Shown here one piece after another: positions 1 to 7,362 of a DNA stretch of 20,807 bases (position 1 is the first letter of the stretch; every line of letters begins with the position of its first letter). The notes beneath the pieces are model-generated. The model made no database searches and was not told where the DNA came from. It worked only from the letters and a program-made list of their open reading frames with translations. A program made the position numbers and the translations under genes. This DNA comes from Campylobacterota bacterium. Lineage in GTDB: Bacteria; Campylobacterota; Campylobacteria; Campylobacterales; Sulfurimonadaceae. The DNA lies in the NCBI GenBank assembly GCA_034717975.1, contig JAYEMF010000032.1:1-20807 (forward strand). Reading direction: 5' to 3'.

Positions 1-261
1 AGTAAGGATGTAAGAGAGAATTTTCAGAAGGTGAGATTTACCGGAGCCAAAGTGTCCAGAGATCCACACTCCAACATTTTGAGTATCTTTGCCTAAGCTT
101 GGGCTGTATTCACCAAAGAACTCATCCAGTTTCTTATTGAGATCATTAGTAATGACATACTCATCAACCTCTTGGAATATTGCTTCATCTGTAAGATTGT
201 CGGCTTTGATAACCCCTTCAATGTTTCTATGGATATCTTTTTTAAATAGTTTTTCAATCAC
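1..261 (-). CDS. brxC: BREX P-loop ATPase BrxC, N-terminal 87 aa (runs off the window edge; not in the ORF track)
   Basis: Manual translation from GTG at 261: MIEKLFKKDIHRNIEGVIKADNLTDEAIFQEVDEYVITNDLNKKLDEFFGEYSPSLGKDTQNVGVWISGHFGSGKSHLLKILSYILT. The F.K.I.R.I.GVIK start, EYV(I)T motif and GVWISGxFGSGKSH Walker A are typical of BrxC. AAGGA lies upstream, and the gene directly follows brxB. Confidence 0.93.
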   Translation of the reverse strand, partial: MIEKLFKKDIHRNIEGVIKADNLTDEAIFQEVDEYVITNDLNKKLDEFFGEYSPSLGKDTQNVGVWISGHFGSGKSHLLKILSYILT

Positions 262-270
262 TGCTTTTCC

Positions 271-852
271 TTACAAATTAAGTGTGTCGAGATTAAACGC
301 CCGATAGTAATTATCATCTTTCATTCTTCCAAAAAGTGAGAGGTCATTACCATAAACACCGGGAAAGAACATAATCGTCGGTCTATCTTTGATACTGTTT
401 TGCAGATTGTTTAAAATGGTGTGGGAGCGAATGTATGGGAACACCTGTCCAATACCCGTCAGAAAGATCATTTGAGATGGGTTCTCTTTACAGAGCTTTC
501 CAATTTGAGGTATCAGTTTTGTCTCACTATCCAGAACACCTTGCAGCGTTTTAAAAAGTTTTGCTTTGGGCAGGCTGCTTTCTTTTGCAATAATCTTTTC
601 CAATACACCTCGATCTTCAAGCATGTCCAATGATAGATCGAACAAGTTGATCTCAAACACACTAATCCCGTCACGAGAAAGTCTGTCTTTTAGCTGTCTT
701 GTTTTTTGCACAACACCATTTTCTTGTTCAGGGTTGTAAGGAACAATATAAAAGGGGATCTCTCCACCAAGAGCACTCATCGAAAGAAAACTCTCTTTTT
801 TCAGATTGCTGAACAGTTTCTCAAATTTTATTTCCAATGACTCTATTTTCAT
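271..852 (-). CDS. brxB: BREX protein BrxB (DUF1788)
   Basis: 193 aa with LGGEIPFYIxxYxPEQE, FLTGIGxVFPYIRSHxILNNLQ, MFFPGxY and LFG...DDNYYRAFNL motifs characteristic of DUF1788. Sits between brxA and brxC, with an ATGA overlap with brxA. Confidence 0.93.
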   Translation of the reverse strand: MKIESLEIKFEKLFSNLKKESFLSMSALGGEIPFYIVPYNPEQENGVVQKTRQLKDRLSRDGISVFEINLFDLSLDMLEDRGVLEKIIAKESSLPKAKLFKTLQGVLDSETKLIPQIGKLCKENPSQMIFLTGIGQVFPYIRSHTILNNLQNSIKDRPTIMFFPGVYGNDLSLFGRMKDDNYYRAFNLDTLNL

Positions 853-1475
853 GCGTATCTCTTTGTATGCTCTTTGATCTCACTATCACTGTAAAGAAAA
901 GCACTGAGGTGTTTTGGATCGTCTTGCACTATAAGTTTGATCAGATCTTCCGAGAGGTATGGTTTTTGAATAGTTTTGGTTTTAACACTATCGATGAGCC
1001 CCGACTGCTCAAGCATTTTAAACATCACCTGCTTGAGTTTCTTTTGTGTGCTTTCAGAGATAGTGTTCAAGCTGTCATAAGCAACTCGCTTGCTGTCATA
1101 AAACGATTCATAATCACTGTTTAAAATCTGAAAGTCAAAAAGAAGCAGTTTGTTTCTTATCACTTCAGTAGTGAAATCGTAAATGAATTGGTATAGCTTG
1201 AAACAACTGAGCATCGTAAGATACTTTACGTCATTGCTTGTTGCATTTTCATAAAATGAAAGCTGTCCTGGTGTTAAAGTGTTTAAGCGTTTTTGAAGCT
1301 CACTAAATTCTCTTTTTCGCGTAGCAAGAGTGCCTTTTTGCAAAATATTTTCATCAAGAACAGCGACTTTTACTTTTCCCCAGTCTTCTGTTTGAGCAAA
1401 TAGATTAGCTATAGTCTCCATCTCGTGTGACAACAATGATGCCGATGTGTATGATAAAATATAATTTGAAGCCAC
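849..1475 (-). CDS. brxA: BREX protein BrxA (DUF1819)
   Basis: 208 aa, GTG start. Y..S.T..SLL..E, ENILQ...T.KR...E...RL and SESTxKKLKQVxFKMLEQSGLI patterns are typical of DUF1819/BrxA. First gene of a brxA-brxB-brxC array. Confidence 0.9.
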   Translation of the reverse strand: MASNYILSYTSASLLSHEMETIANLFAQTEDWGKVKVAVLDENILQKGTLATRKREFSELQKRLNTLTPGQLSFYENATSNDVKYLTMLSCFKLYQFIYDFTTEVIRNKLLLFDFQILNSDYESFYDSKRVAYDSLNTISESTQKKLKQVMFKMLEQSGLIDSVKTKTIQKPYLSEDLIKLIVQDDPKHLSAFLYSDSEIKEHTKRYA

Positions 1476-1539
1476 GAAATCTAAACCACCAACATGTTAT
1501 TAATTTTCTTGAACAGATATGAACACACCGCAATGTTCT

Positions 1540-1545
1540 ATTTTA
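1540..1545 (-). promoter_or_regulatory. Candidate sigma70 -10 element (TAAAAT) for the brx operon
   Basis: Minus strand reads GGATAAAAT about 65 nt upstream of the brxA GTG, in an AT-rich intergenic region. Motif match only. Confidence 0.35.
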
Positions 1546-1615
1546 TCCTCTTTTAACTATGCAATGTATTATATTACCGGCAATCATTAGACTTCTTTCA
1601 TAACCCCTTGCTGCC

Positions 1616-4600
1616 TTACTCACTCTTTTTAATACGGAAAACTACCGCATAAAGCAGCGGGACATAAACAAGGTTTAAAATTGTCGCCCAGGTAATACCG
1701 AAGCCAAGCGATATAGCCATGGGCTGCAGGATCATGGCCTGACCCGATGCAAAGAAAATGAGAGTGGAAAGTCCCAGGACCGTTGTGATGGAGGTCAGTA
1801 AAATCGGGCGCAAACGGGTTCTCGCCAGCCGCATCAGATCTTCTGTATCAACAGCACGACGGATGAAACTGACCATGATAAGCCCATCATTGACCACGAC
1901 ACCGGCCAGTCCAATGGTTCCGATCATCCCCGGCATTGTCATATTGAGTCCCATAATCAGGTGGCCTCCAAAAACACCGAGCAGTACCAAGGGGATGGTG
2001 CTTAAGACAATCAACGACTGTTTGAGGGAGTCAAAAAGCCAAACCAATGTAATAAAAATCAAAAAGATCGCTACAGCAGCAGCCTGTGCCATCTCTTTTT
2101 TGGTCTTGGCATTCTCCTCCTCTTCTCCCTTGATGTCGACGGTATAGCCATCAGCCAAAAGGGCATCAACAGCCGGCTGCACCTTTTTCATCGCTTCGGA
2201 TGATGTTATCAGTTCTTTGTTGAGCGATGCAAATACGGAGCGGATTCTCTGGCCATCCTCTTTTTCAACCGTCACATAAGCCTGCGTCATAATAAAATCA
2301 CACACATCTTTTAGTGCGATAAACTGACCGGTCCCGGGGATCTGAACCTGAAAGTCATTGAGTGATGCCAGTTCATCCTTGGTCGTTCCCTCAATACGGA
2401 TACGTATCAGTCCCGTCTCACTGAACATCTTCCCGTACTCACCTTTGAGATAGTATGAACGCAACTCTGAGGTAATCAGCTGCTCATTAAATCCTAGCTC
2501 CTGTCCATAACTGTTGACACGCAGCTTGAGCTCTTTCTCCCCGATATCAGCATCATCCACAACATTGTAGACACCTTCAGTACCGGCTAACGCTTCACCC
2601 AGACGTTGCACTCCTTCAAGCAATAGATCATCTGATTTGCCACCCAGAGCGATCTCTACATCATGAGCGACCACCCCGGTTCCCGGAACCATCACTGTCA
2701 ACTCTTCAAAACGTGACTCCGCCTCTTTTTCCACTCCGGAAACCATTACTGCCAGCTCTTCAAAACGTTCTGCATCATCTTTGCTGGTCGATTTAAGCGG
2801 CTTGATCCATTCAGCTACATCTTTGCTGATTGAGTTCGCGGTTCTCTCACGGATCAATACATCCGGATCATATTCCAAAGAGAGATAAGGGTTGATGTAG
2901 GTATTGAAAAAGTTATCGGGTGCACGTTCATGCAGTTCAATAAAGATATGAAAGAGATTCTCCCCCAGTTCCGCTTTGTTTTTGGCATCCAGACGCATTC
3001 CCACAACGGAAGTGACGGATGAAGCTTCATCTTCGCGAAGTTTTTCAAGCAGAATATTTTCTATGCTTGTCACGATTTTTTCCGTATTTTCAAGATCATT
3101 GTTAATGTTCACTTTTCCGGTTACATAGATCTGTGTCACATCAAAATCCGGAAAGAGCTGGAACTTGCTGCTTTTTACAAGATAGAAGGTCGCACCGCCG
3201 ATGATGGTCACTATCATGACCAATGAGAGTACCCGTCGTTTGAAAAGGGTATGTAAAAGGGTATCATACCAGCGATAGAGGTTATCCCATATGGAGTGTG
3301 TCATATGATCATCTTTTCGTACACGCAGGAACTCATAAGCGTGCAGCGGCAGGAAGTAGAAGGCTTCAAACAGTGAGCTGATCAGTAACACCGAGATCAT
3401 GATCGGCAGGATCTTGATAAAGGCACCCATCTCACCGGTGATCATCAGCAGCGGTAGAAATGCGAAAACCGTGGTAAGTGTAGCCGTCAATACCGCCGGA
3501 AACATCTCAACGGCACCGACAATCGCTGCTTCCCGTCGCGGCATCCCCTCTTCGAGATGACGGTAAATATTCTCCGCAACGACGATCGCCTCGTCCACCA
3601 GCATCCCCAGAGCGATCAGTGCGCCAAGAAGCGAAAGCATATTTAGACTGTAACCGATCATCTCTGTTACGATAAGACCGATCATGAAGCTTAGCGGAAT
3701 TCCAATAGCAACGACCAGGGCAATCCCACGGTTGACAAAGATCAGCATGGCCAAAAACACCAGCATCAGACCAAACATAATGTTGGCAAAAACCGTATTG
3801 AGCCGGTTTTTGATCCAGACCGAGGTGTCGGTATAGATATCGAAGACCAGGTGGGGATAACTGCCTTCATACTCCTTCAGGAGGCTTCTTATCTGTTTGA
3901 CCAGTGCAATGGAGTTACCTGTTTTCGCCTTGGTGATATTAATAGAGACATTGCGTACACCGTTATAGTGAGAAAGTTCGCTCTTGTCGCTCAGCTCGAA
4001 GGAGATATCGGCAACATCACCGACACGCAGACGTTTATTGGCGATCGTGATCAGCGTATCTTCTATGGCACGCTGCTCTTTTTCACCGTTGAACGTACTG
4101 ATGTAAAGATGCTCACCACGCTGCTTGATCGTTCCGATCGGGAAGATGGAACTCAGGTTTTGCAATGCACCGACTACACTGTTCAGCTGTAATCCGTATG
4201 CACGGATCTTATCTTCATTGAGCCGGATCACCAGCTCATCATCAGCATCCCCGCGAATTGAGATATCGCTCAGATCCTTAAACTGGCTTAGACTGCTTTT
4301 CAGTTCATCAGCACGCTCCAGAAGCTCTTCCGTAGTCACATCGCCGGCAATGGCAATCAACAGAAGCGGGATCGTCTCCTCATGGATCTTTGCTATCGGC
4401 TCATTCATATCGGCCGGAAGGTCACGTTTCGCCTGGGCGATGATATCTTTGACATCATTGAGTACAGTAATATTTTCTGACCCGGACTTGATATCGACCA
4501 TCATCGAGAAAGTCCCGTTTTTGATCGTCGTCTTGATCGTATCCAACTCATTGATATTTTTCAGATCATCCTCGATCGTCTTAACGACCATGTTGTCGAG

Positions 4601-4780
4601 GACATCGGCACTGGTTCCCGCGTAACCGCCTGTGATCGAAATCTTGTCCATCTGGATAGGCGGGAAAATCTCTTTGGGGATATTGATATAGGCAAAAATC
4701 GACAAGAGGAGAATAAAGAGAAAAAGGATGTGGTTTAGCAGCGGTTTATCAATGGAGAATTCAATAAAACGACGGATCAT
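1616..4780 (-). CDS. RND efflux transporter permease subunit, AcrB/AcrD/AcrF family
   Basis: 1054 aa with N-terminal TM + E.FP, two large periplasmic loops, TM4 GMLVDEAIVVAENI, and C-terminal RLRPILLTSITT...PMAISLGFG. AAGGAG RBS upstream of the ATG. Confidence 0.95.
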   Translation of the reverse strand: MIRRFIEFSIDKPLLNHILFLFILLLSIFAYINIPKEIFPPIQMDKISITGGYAGTSADVLDNMVVKTIEDDLKNINELDTIKTTIKNGTFSMMVDIKSGSENITVLNDVKDIIAQAKRDLPADMNEPIAKIHEETIPLLLIAIAGDVTTEELLERADELKSSLSQFKDLSDISIRGDADDELVIRLNEDKIRAYGLQLNSVVGALQNLSSIFPIGTIKQRGEHLYISTFNGEKEQRAIEDTLITIANKRLRVGDVADISFELSDKSELSHYNGVRNVSINITKAKTGNSIALVKQIRSLLKEYEGSYPHLVFDIYTDTSVWIKNRLNTVFANIMFGLMLVFLAMLIFVNRGIALVVAIGIPLSFMIGLIVTEMIGYSLNMLSLLGALIALGMLVDEAIVVAENIYRHLEEGMPRREAAIVGAVEMFPAVLTATLTTVFAFLPLLMITGEMGAFIKILPIMISVLLISSLFEAFYFLPLHAYEFLRVRKDDHMTHSIWDNLYRWYDTLLHTLFKRRVLSLVMIVTIIGGATFYLVKSSKFQLFPDFDVTQIYVTGKVNINNDLENTEKIVTSIENILLEKLREDEASSVTSVVGMRLDAKNKAELGENLFHIFIELHERAPDNFFNTYINPYLSLEYDPDVLIRERTANSISKDVAEWIKPLKSTSKDDAERFEELAVMVSGVEKEAESRFEELTVMVPGTGVVAHDVEIALGGKSDDLLLEGVQRLGEALAGTEGVYNVVDDADIGEKELKLRVNSYGQELGFNEQLITSELRSYYLKGEYGKMFSETGLIRIRIEGTTKDELASLNDFQVQIPGTGQFIALKDVCDFIMTQAYVTVEKEDGQRIRSVFASLNKELITSSEAMKKVQPAVDALLADGYTVDIKGEEEENAKTKKEMAQAAAVAIFLIFITLVWLFDSLKQSLIVLSTIPLVLLGVFGGHLIMGLNMTMPGMIGTIGLAGVVVNDGLIMVSFIRRAVDTEDLMRLARTRLRPILLTSITTVLGLSTLIFFASGQAMILQPMAISLGFGITWATILNLVYVPLLYAVVFRIKKSE
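2681..2767 (-). repeat. Internal in-frame tandem duplication in the RND gene (54-nt period)
   Basis: 2681-2713 and 2735-2767 match at 28/33 nt and encode RFEELTVMVPG and RFEELAVMVSG. Confidence 0.85.
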
Positions 4781-4840
4781 TTCTCAACTCCTTCTTTTAT
4801 ATTTCTTCTATACATAAATTGCTTATGAAAATATTTTCTC

Positions 4841-4909
4841 TGCCTTGACAAAGGCAAGCTTTAGTGCCATAGCGGTCAGCGTAGCTTTAGGAGCTTTGCT
4901 TCTATAGCG
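4841..4909. repeat. Structured intergenic element (several short hairpins, REP-like)
   Basis: Hairpins TGCCTT-gaca-AAGGCA (4841-4856) and TAGGAGC-ttt-GCTTCTA (4888-4904). Direct repeats AGCTTTAG (4857, 4883) and ATAGCG (4869, 4904). GC-richer than the adjacent intergenic DNA. Confidence 0.45.
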
Positions 4910-4910
4910 T

Positions 4911-5189
4911 TCAAAACAGTGTATCTAAGACCTGATTTTTAAAGCGGATAGACTCCACTTTGCTCTTGATAATGTGATTCTCCTCTATCAATGCCTTATA
5001 TTCACGCTTTAAAACAGCAATGTCACGGCTCTTGTAATAGATCTGGCTTTGCAGATAGATCTTGGGAAAAAGAACCGTCAAGGCAATCGCCACGACAAGC
5101 AAAAAAAGCACTAAAAAACGCCATCCCATCTTCGCACTTGGTGCAATAATAGTATCGACGGCATCTAAAATCTCGTGTTTTTCACTCAT
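4911..5189 (-). CDS. Small bitopic membrane protein with coiled coil; probable FtsL-like cell-division protein
   Basis: 92 aa: short cytoplasmic N-terminus, one TM helix (FLVLFLLVVAIALTVLF), then heptad pattern I..L...Y..L..EN..I...V. The start overlaps the rsmH stop (ATGA), which is the canonical ftsL position. Confidence 0.7.
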   Translation of the reverse strand: MSEKHEILDAVDTIIAPSAKMGWRFLVLFLLVVAIALTVLFPKIYLQSQIYYKSRDIAVLKREYKALIEENHIIKSKVESIRFKNQVLDTLF

Positions 5190-6112
5190 ACCGCACCCAT
5201 CTGAAAAATACGCAGCTTGGCACTTCGGCTTCTGGGGTTTTGTCTAAGTTCATCCTCTTTGGCAATGATCGGCTTTTTGGCAATGGCCCTGCCAAGTGCA
5301 TGGTTATTACCGCAGGTACAGCGCATCGCTTCGCTTGGACAGATGCATGACTTGGCCCACCTGTTGAACCGCTGTTTGACAATACGGTCTTCAAGAGAGT
5401 GAAATGAGATGATGCCTATACGTGCTTCAGGAAGTTTTGCCGCTTCAATGGCATCAAGCAGACCCTTAAGTTCGCCAAGCTCATCATTCACCTCAATCCG
5501 GATCGCCTGCATTACCAGCGTTGCAGGATGGATCTTTTTGCCTTTTGGCATCAATGGTCTCACGGCATCAGCCAACGCTTTGGCCGACTCAAATGGCCGT
5601 CTGGAGACGATCACATCAGCAACTTTGCGCCAGTTTCGAAGTTCGCCATACTCGCGCAGAAGCGTTTCCAATTCAGCTTTTGTATAGCTGTTGACCACAT
5701 CTGCCGCACTGAGCGGAGCATCCGGATTCATGCGCATATCGAGGACATCGCTCTCAAAGGAAAATCCGCGATCTTTTTGATCGAGTTGCAAAGACGAGAC
5801 CCCGATATCGGCCAACACCCCACGGATAATGTGCGGATCATTCTCTTCAAGTATCTCTTTGATCACATTTGAGAAGCGCCCCTTTTTGATCTGAACCCGA
5901 TCGCCAAACGATTCCAAACGCTGCGTTGAAAAATCGATCGCCGTCTGATCCTGGTCGATCCCTATCAGCCGGATATTGGGGTTTGCTTCCAGAAGCATGG
6001 AACTGTGACCGGCATACCCCATCGTGCAATCTACAATAATCCCCTCTTCGATCTCGGCAAAAGCGTCAATTACCTCACGGTATAGTACGGGTATATGGGG
6101 ACTCTGACTCAC
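5186..6112 (-). CDS. rsmH: 16S rRNA (cytosine1402-N4)-methyltransferase RsmH (MraW)
   Basis: HIPV, DCTMGYAGHS, DIGVSSLQLD..RGFSF, LDMRM, QAIRIEVNDEL, ISFHSLEDRIVK and NPRSRSAKLR motifs. Start moved from 6142 to the GTG at 6112, which has AAGGAG 9 nt upstream. The track's ATG overlaps a TAAAAT -10 box. Confidence 0.97.
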   Translation of the reverse strand: MSQSPHIPVLYREVIDAFAEIEEGIIVDCTMGYAGHSSMLLEANPNIRLIGIDQDQTAIDFSTQRLESFGDRVQIKKGRFSNVIKEILEENDPHIIRGVLADIGVSSLQLDQKDRGFSFESDVLDMRMNPDAPLSAADVVNSYTKAELETLLREYGELRNWRKVADVIVSRRPFESAKALADAVRPLMPKGKKIHPATLVMQAIRIEVNDELGELKGLLDAIEAAKLPEARIGIISFHSLEDRIVKQRFNRWAKSCICPSEAMRCTCGNNHALGRAIAKKPIIAKEDELRQNPRSRSAKLRIFQMGAV

Positions 6113-6140
6113 GCTGATCTGCTCCTTGGATAATCCAGAC

Positions 6141-6146
6141 ATTTTA
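6141..6146 (-). promoter_or_regulatory. Candidate -10 element (TAAAAT) of the rsmH operon
   Basis: TAAAAT on the minus strand about 29 nt upstream of the GTG start, leaving room for the RBS. Confidence 0.5.
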
Positions 6147-6171
6147 CATGATAAGCACTTAAGATTTATTG

Positions 6172-6352
6172 GAGAAGAGGAAAGAGGAAAGGGGAAAGAG
6201 GAAAATAAGGTCTGTTTTAACTACTTTCCCGCCCAGGCGGTCCCTCTCTTGTGTAAACCTCAATCCCCCAGGGGAGCTTCTCTTGCTTTTTGGCAATTCA
6301 CCTTCTTCTCCTTGATCTTCCCTCTTAGCGGAGCGACCTCTTCCCCCTTCTC
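6172..6352. repeat. Intergenic element bounded by inverted purine/pyrimidine heptamer-repeat tracts
   Basis: Left side: tandem GAAGAGG-AAAGAGG-AAAGGGG-AAAGAGG (6174-6201). Right side: pyrimidine tract 6301-6352. The segment 6172-6187 matches the reverse complement of 6337-6352 at 14/16. Internal palindromes CCGCCcaGGCGG and TCCCCcaGGGGA. Confidence 0.65.
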
Positions 6353-6360
6353 AAATTTAA

Positions 6361-6369
6361 TGCTACAAT
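6361..6369 (+). promoter_or_regulatory. Extended -10 promoter (TGCTACAAT) positioned for a leaderless transcript
   Basis: TGnTACAAT ends 6 nt before the ATG at 6376, and no SD is present. Confidence 0.6.
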
Positions 6370-6375
6370 TAGCCC

Positions 6376-6966
6376 ATGAACAGAGAATATATAAAAGAGA
6401 AACTTTCAAGCCTTGCCCTCTCATTTTTCCGAAAAGATTTTTTTGGTATCTATCACGGATCGATCTCGGCAAAGACCGATAACAACCGTTTTATAATCAA
6501 CTCCAGCGAGACCATTTTTGATGCGATCGATGAAGATCAACTCATCGAGCTTAGCTACAAAAAAGATTACCGCTGGAAAGATGCCAGCATCGATGCCAAT
6601 ATTCATATGGGAATTTATAAGCAGATCAGTGATGCAAAATACATCACATACACTATGGCTCCTTTTACAACGTCTTACTCACTTTATCACAATGTCGTCT
6701 TGCCGCAAGACTATTTTGGGCATCAGGTACTTGGCAAGATCCACATCTATGAGCCGAAACAGTTTGATGACTGGTATGATCGTGCCAGCAGTGAGATTCC
6801 ACACTACTTCCTGAACAATAACAGTAATATTATGATTGTCCGTGGCTATGGCGTTTATGCCTACCATCGTGACGTTCATGAGATGGCCAAACAGCTTGCC
6901 ATTCTGGAGCGAAGCTGCCGTATTCTTATGCTTGATCATAATGCAGCTAAGCTGGATATCGGATAA
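6376..6966 (+). CDS. Class II aldolase/adducin N-terminal domain protein with degenerate metal site
   Basis: GSISAK, AS.D..IH..IY and IVRGYGVY segments align with the class II aldolase fold motifs GNxS, PSSE..H..IY and L.NHG. Confidence 0.8.
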   Translation: MNREYIKEKLSSLALSFFRKDFFGIYHGSISAKTDNNRFIINSSETIFDAIDEDQLIELSYKKDYRWKDASIDANIHMGIYKQISDAKYITYTMAPFTTSYSLYHNVVLPQDYFGHQVLGKIHIYEPKQFDDWYDRASSEIPHYFLNNNSNIMIVRGYGVYAYHRDVHEMAKQLAILERSCRILMLDHNAAKLDIG

Positions 6967-6999
6967 TTTATAGGCGCCCCTATTTCAAACCACTCTGTT

Positions 7000-7049
7000 A
7001 GTCCTGGATTCCAGTAGAGCAATAAGGCTAAATCCAGTCAGACTTTTTT
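7000..7049 (+). terminator. Possible intrinsic terminator downstream of the aldolase-like gene
   Basis: AGTC-CTGGATT...AATCCAG-tca-GACT pairing followed by a T-run. The loop is long, so the call is weak. Confidence 0.35.
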
Positions 7050-7362
7050 ATATCTTTTTTTCTTAAACCTAACATATAGTTATTCTCTTTATCAACTCCT
7101 CTTAAACTCCTTACTGCAGGACTTCAGACCAAATATATAAATAAAAAATTTTCCTTTACTAACAAAAAGCAGACAAAATAGAGCAGTACCAAAATCTTTA
7201 AAAAATTTTCCAAATTTCACTTTATAAATATAACAGATGTCCGATATTGTGTTATAGGTTACAAAGAGTAAGGCAAATAGTTACTTTTAGCCATACTTTT
7301 TAGAGGGTTTTAATGCAAATAAACATAGAATATCCACATTATAATAATAAGGTTCAAATAAG

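Noticed and set aside
1521..1538. GAAC...GTTC as a LexA/SOS box upstream of brxA
   Set aside because: The spacer is 10 nt, whereas the Gram-positive box is GAAC-N4-GTTC. Kept only as a generic inverted repeat.
4823..4838. TTATGAAAA-TA-TTTTC resembling the XerH dif site
   Set aside because: The central spacer is too short (2 nt versus about 6) and the right arm does not match.
4854..4869. Sigma54-like TGGCAC...TTGC on the minus strand upstream of the RND gene
   Set aside because: GG-to-GC spacing is 11 nt, not the strictly required 10, and it lies inside a hairpin element.
6126..6482. ORFs 6126-6482 (+) and 6260-6472 (-) across the heptamer element
   Set aside because: Low-complexity translations of the repeat tracts. 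They overlap promoters and the aldolase-like gene.
7330..7338. ATATCCACA, a one-mismatch DnaA box near the ppiD-ftsA-ftsZ promoter
   Set aside because: A single imperfect box in AT-rich DNA is expected by chance, and no cluster or unwinding element indicates oriC.
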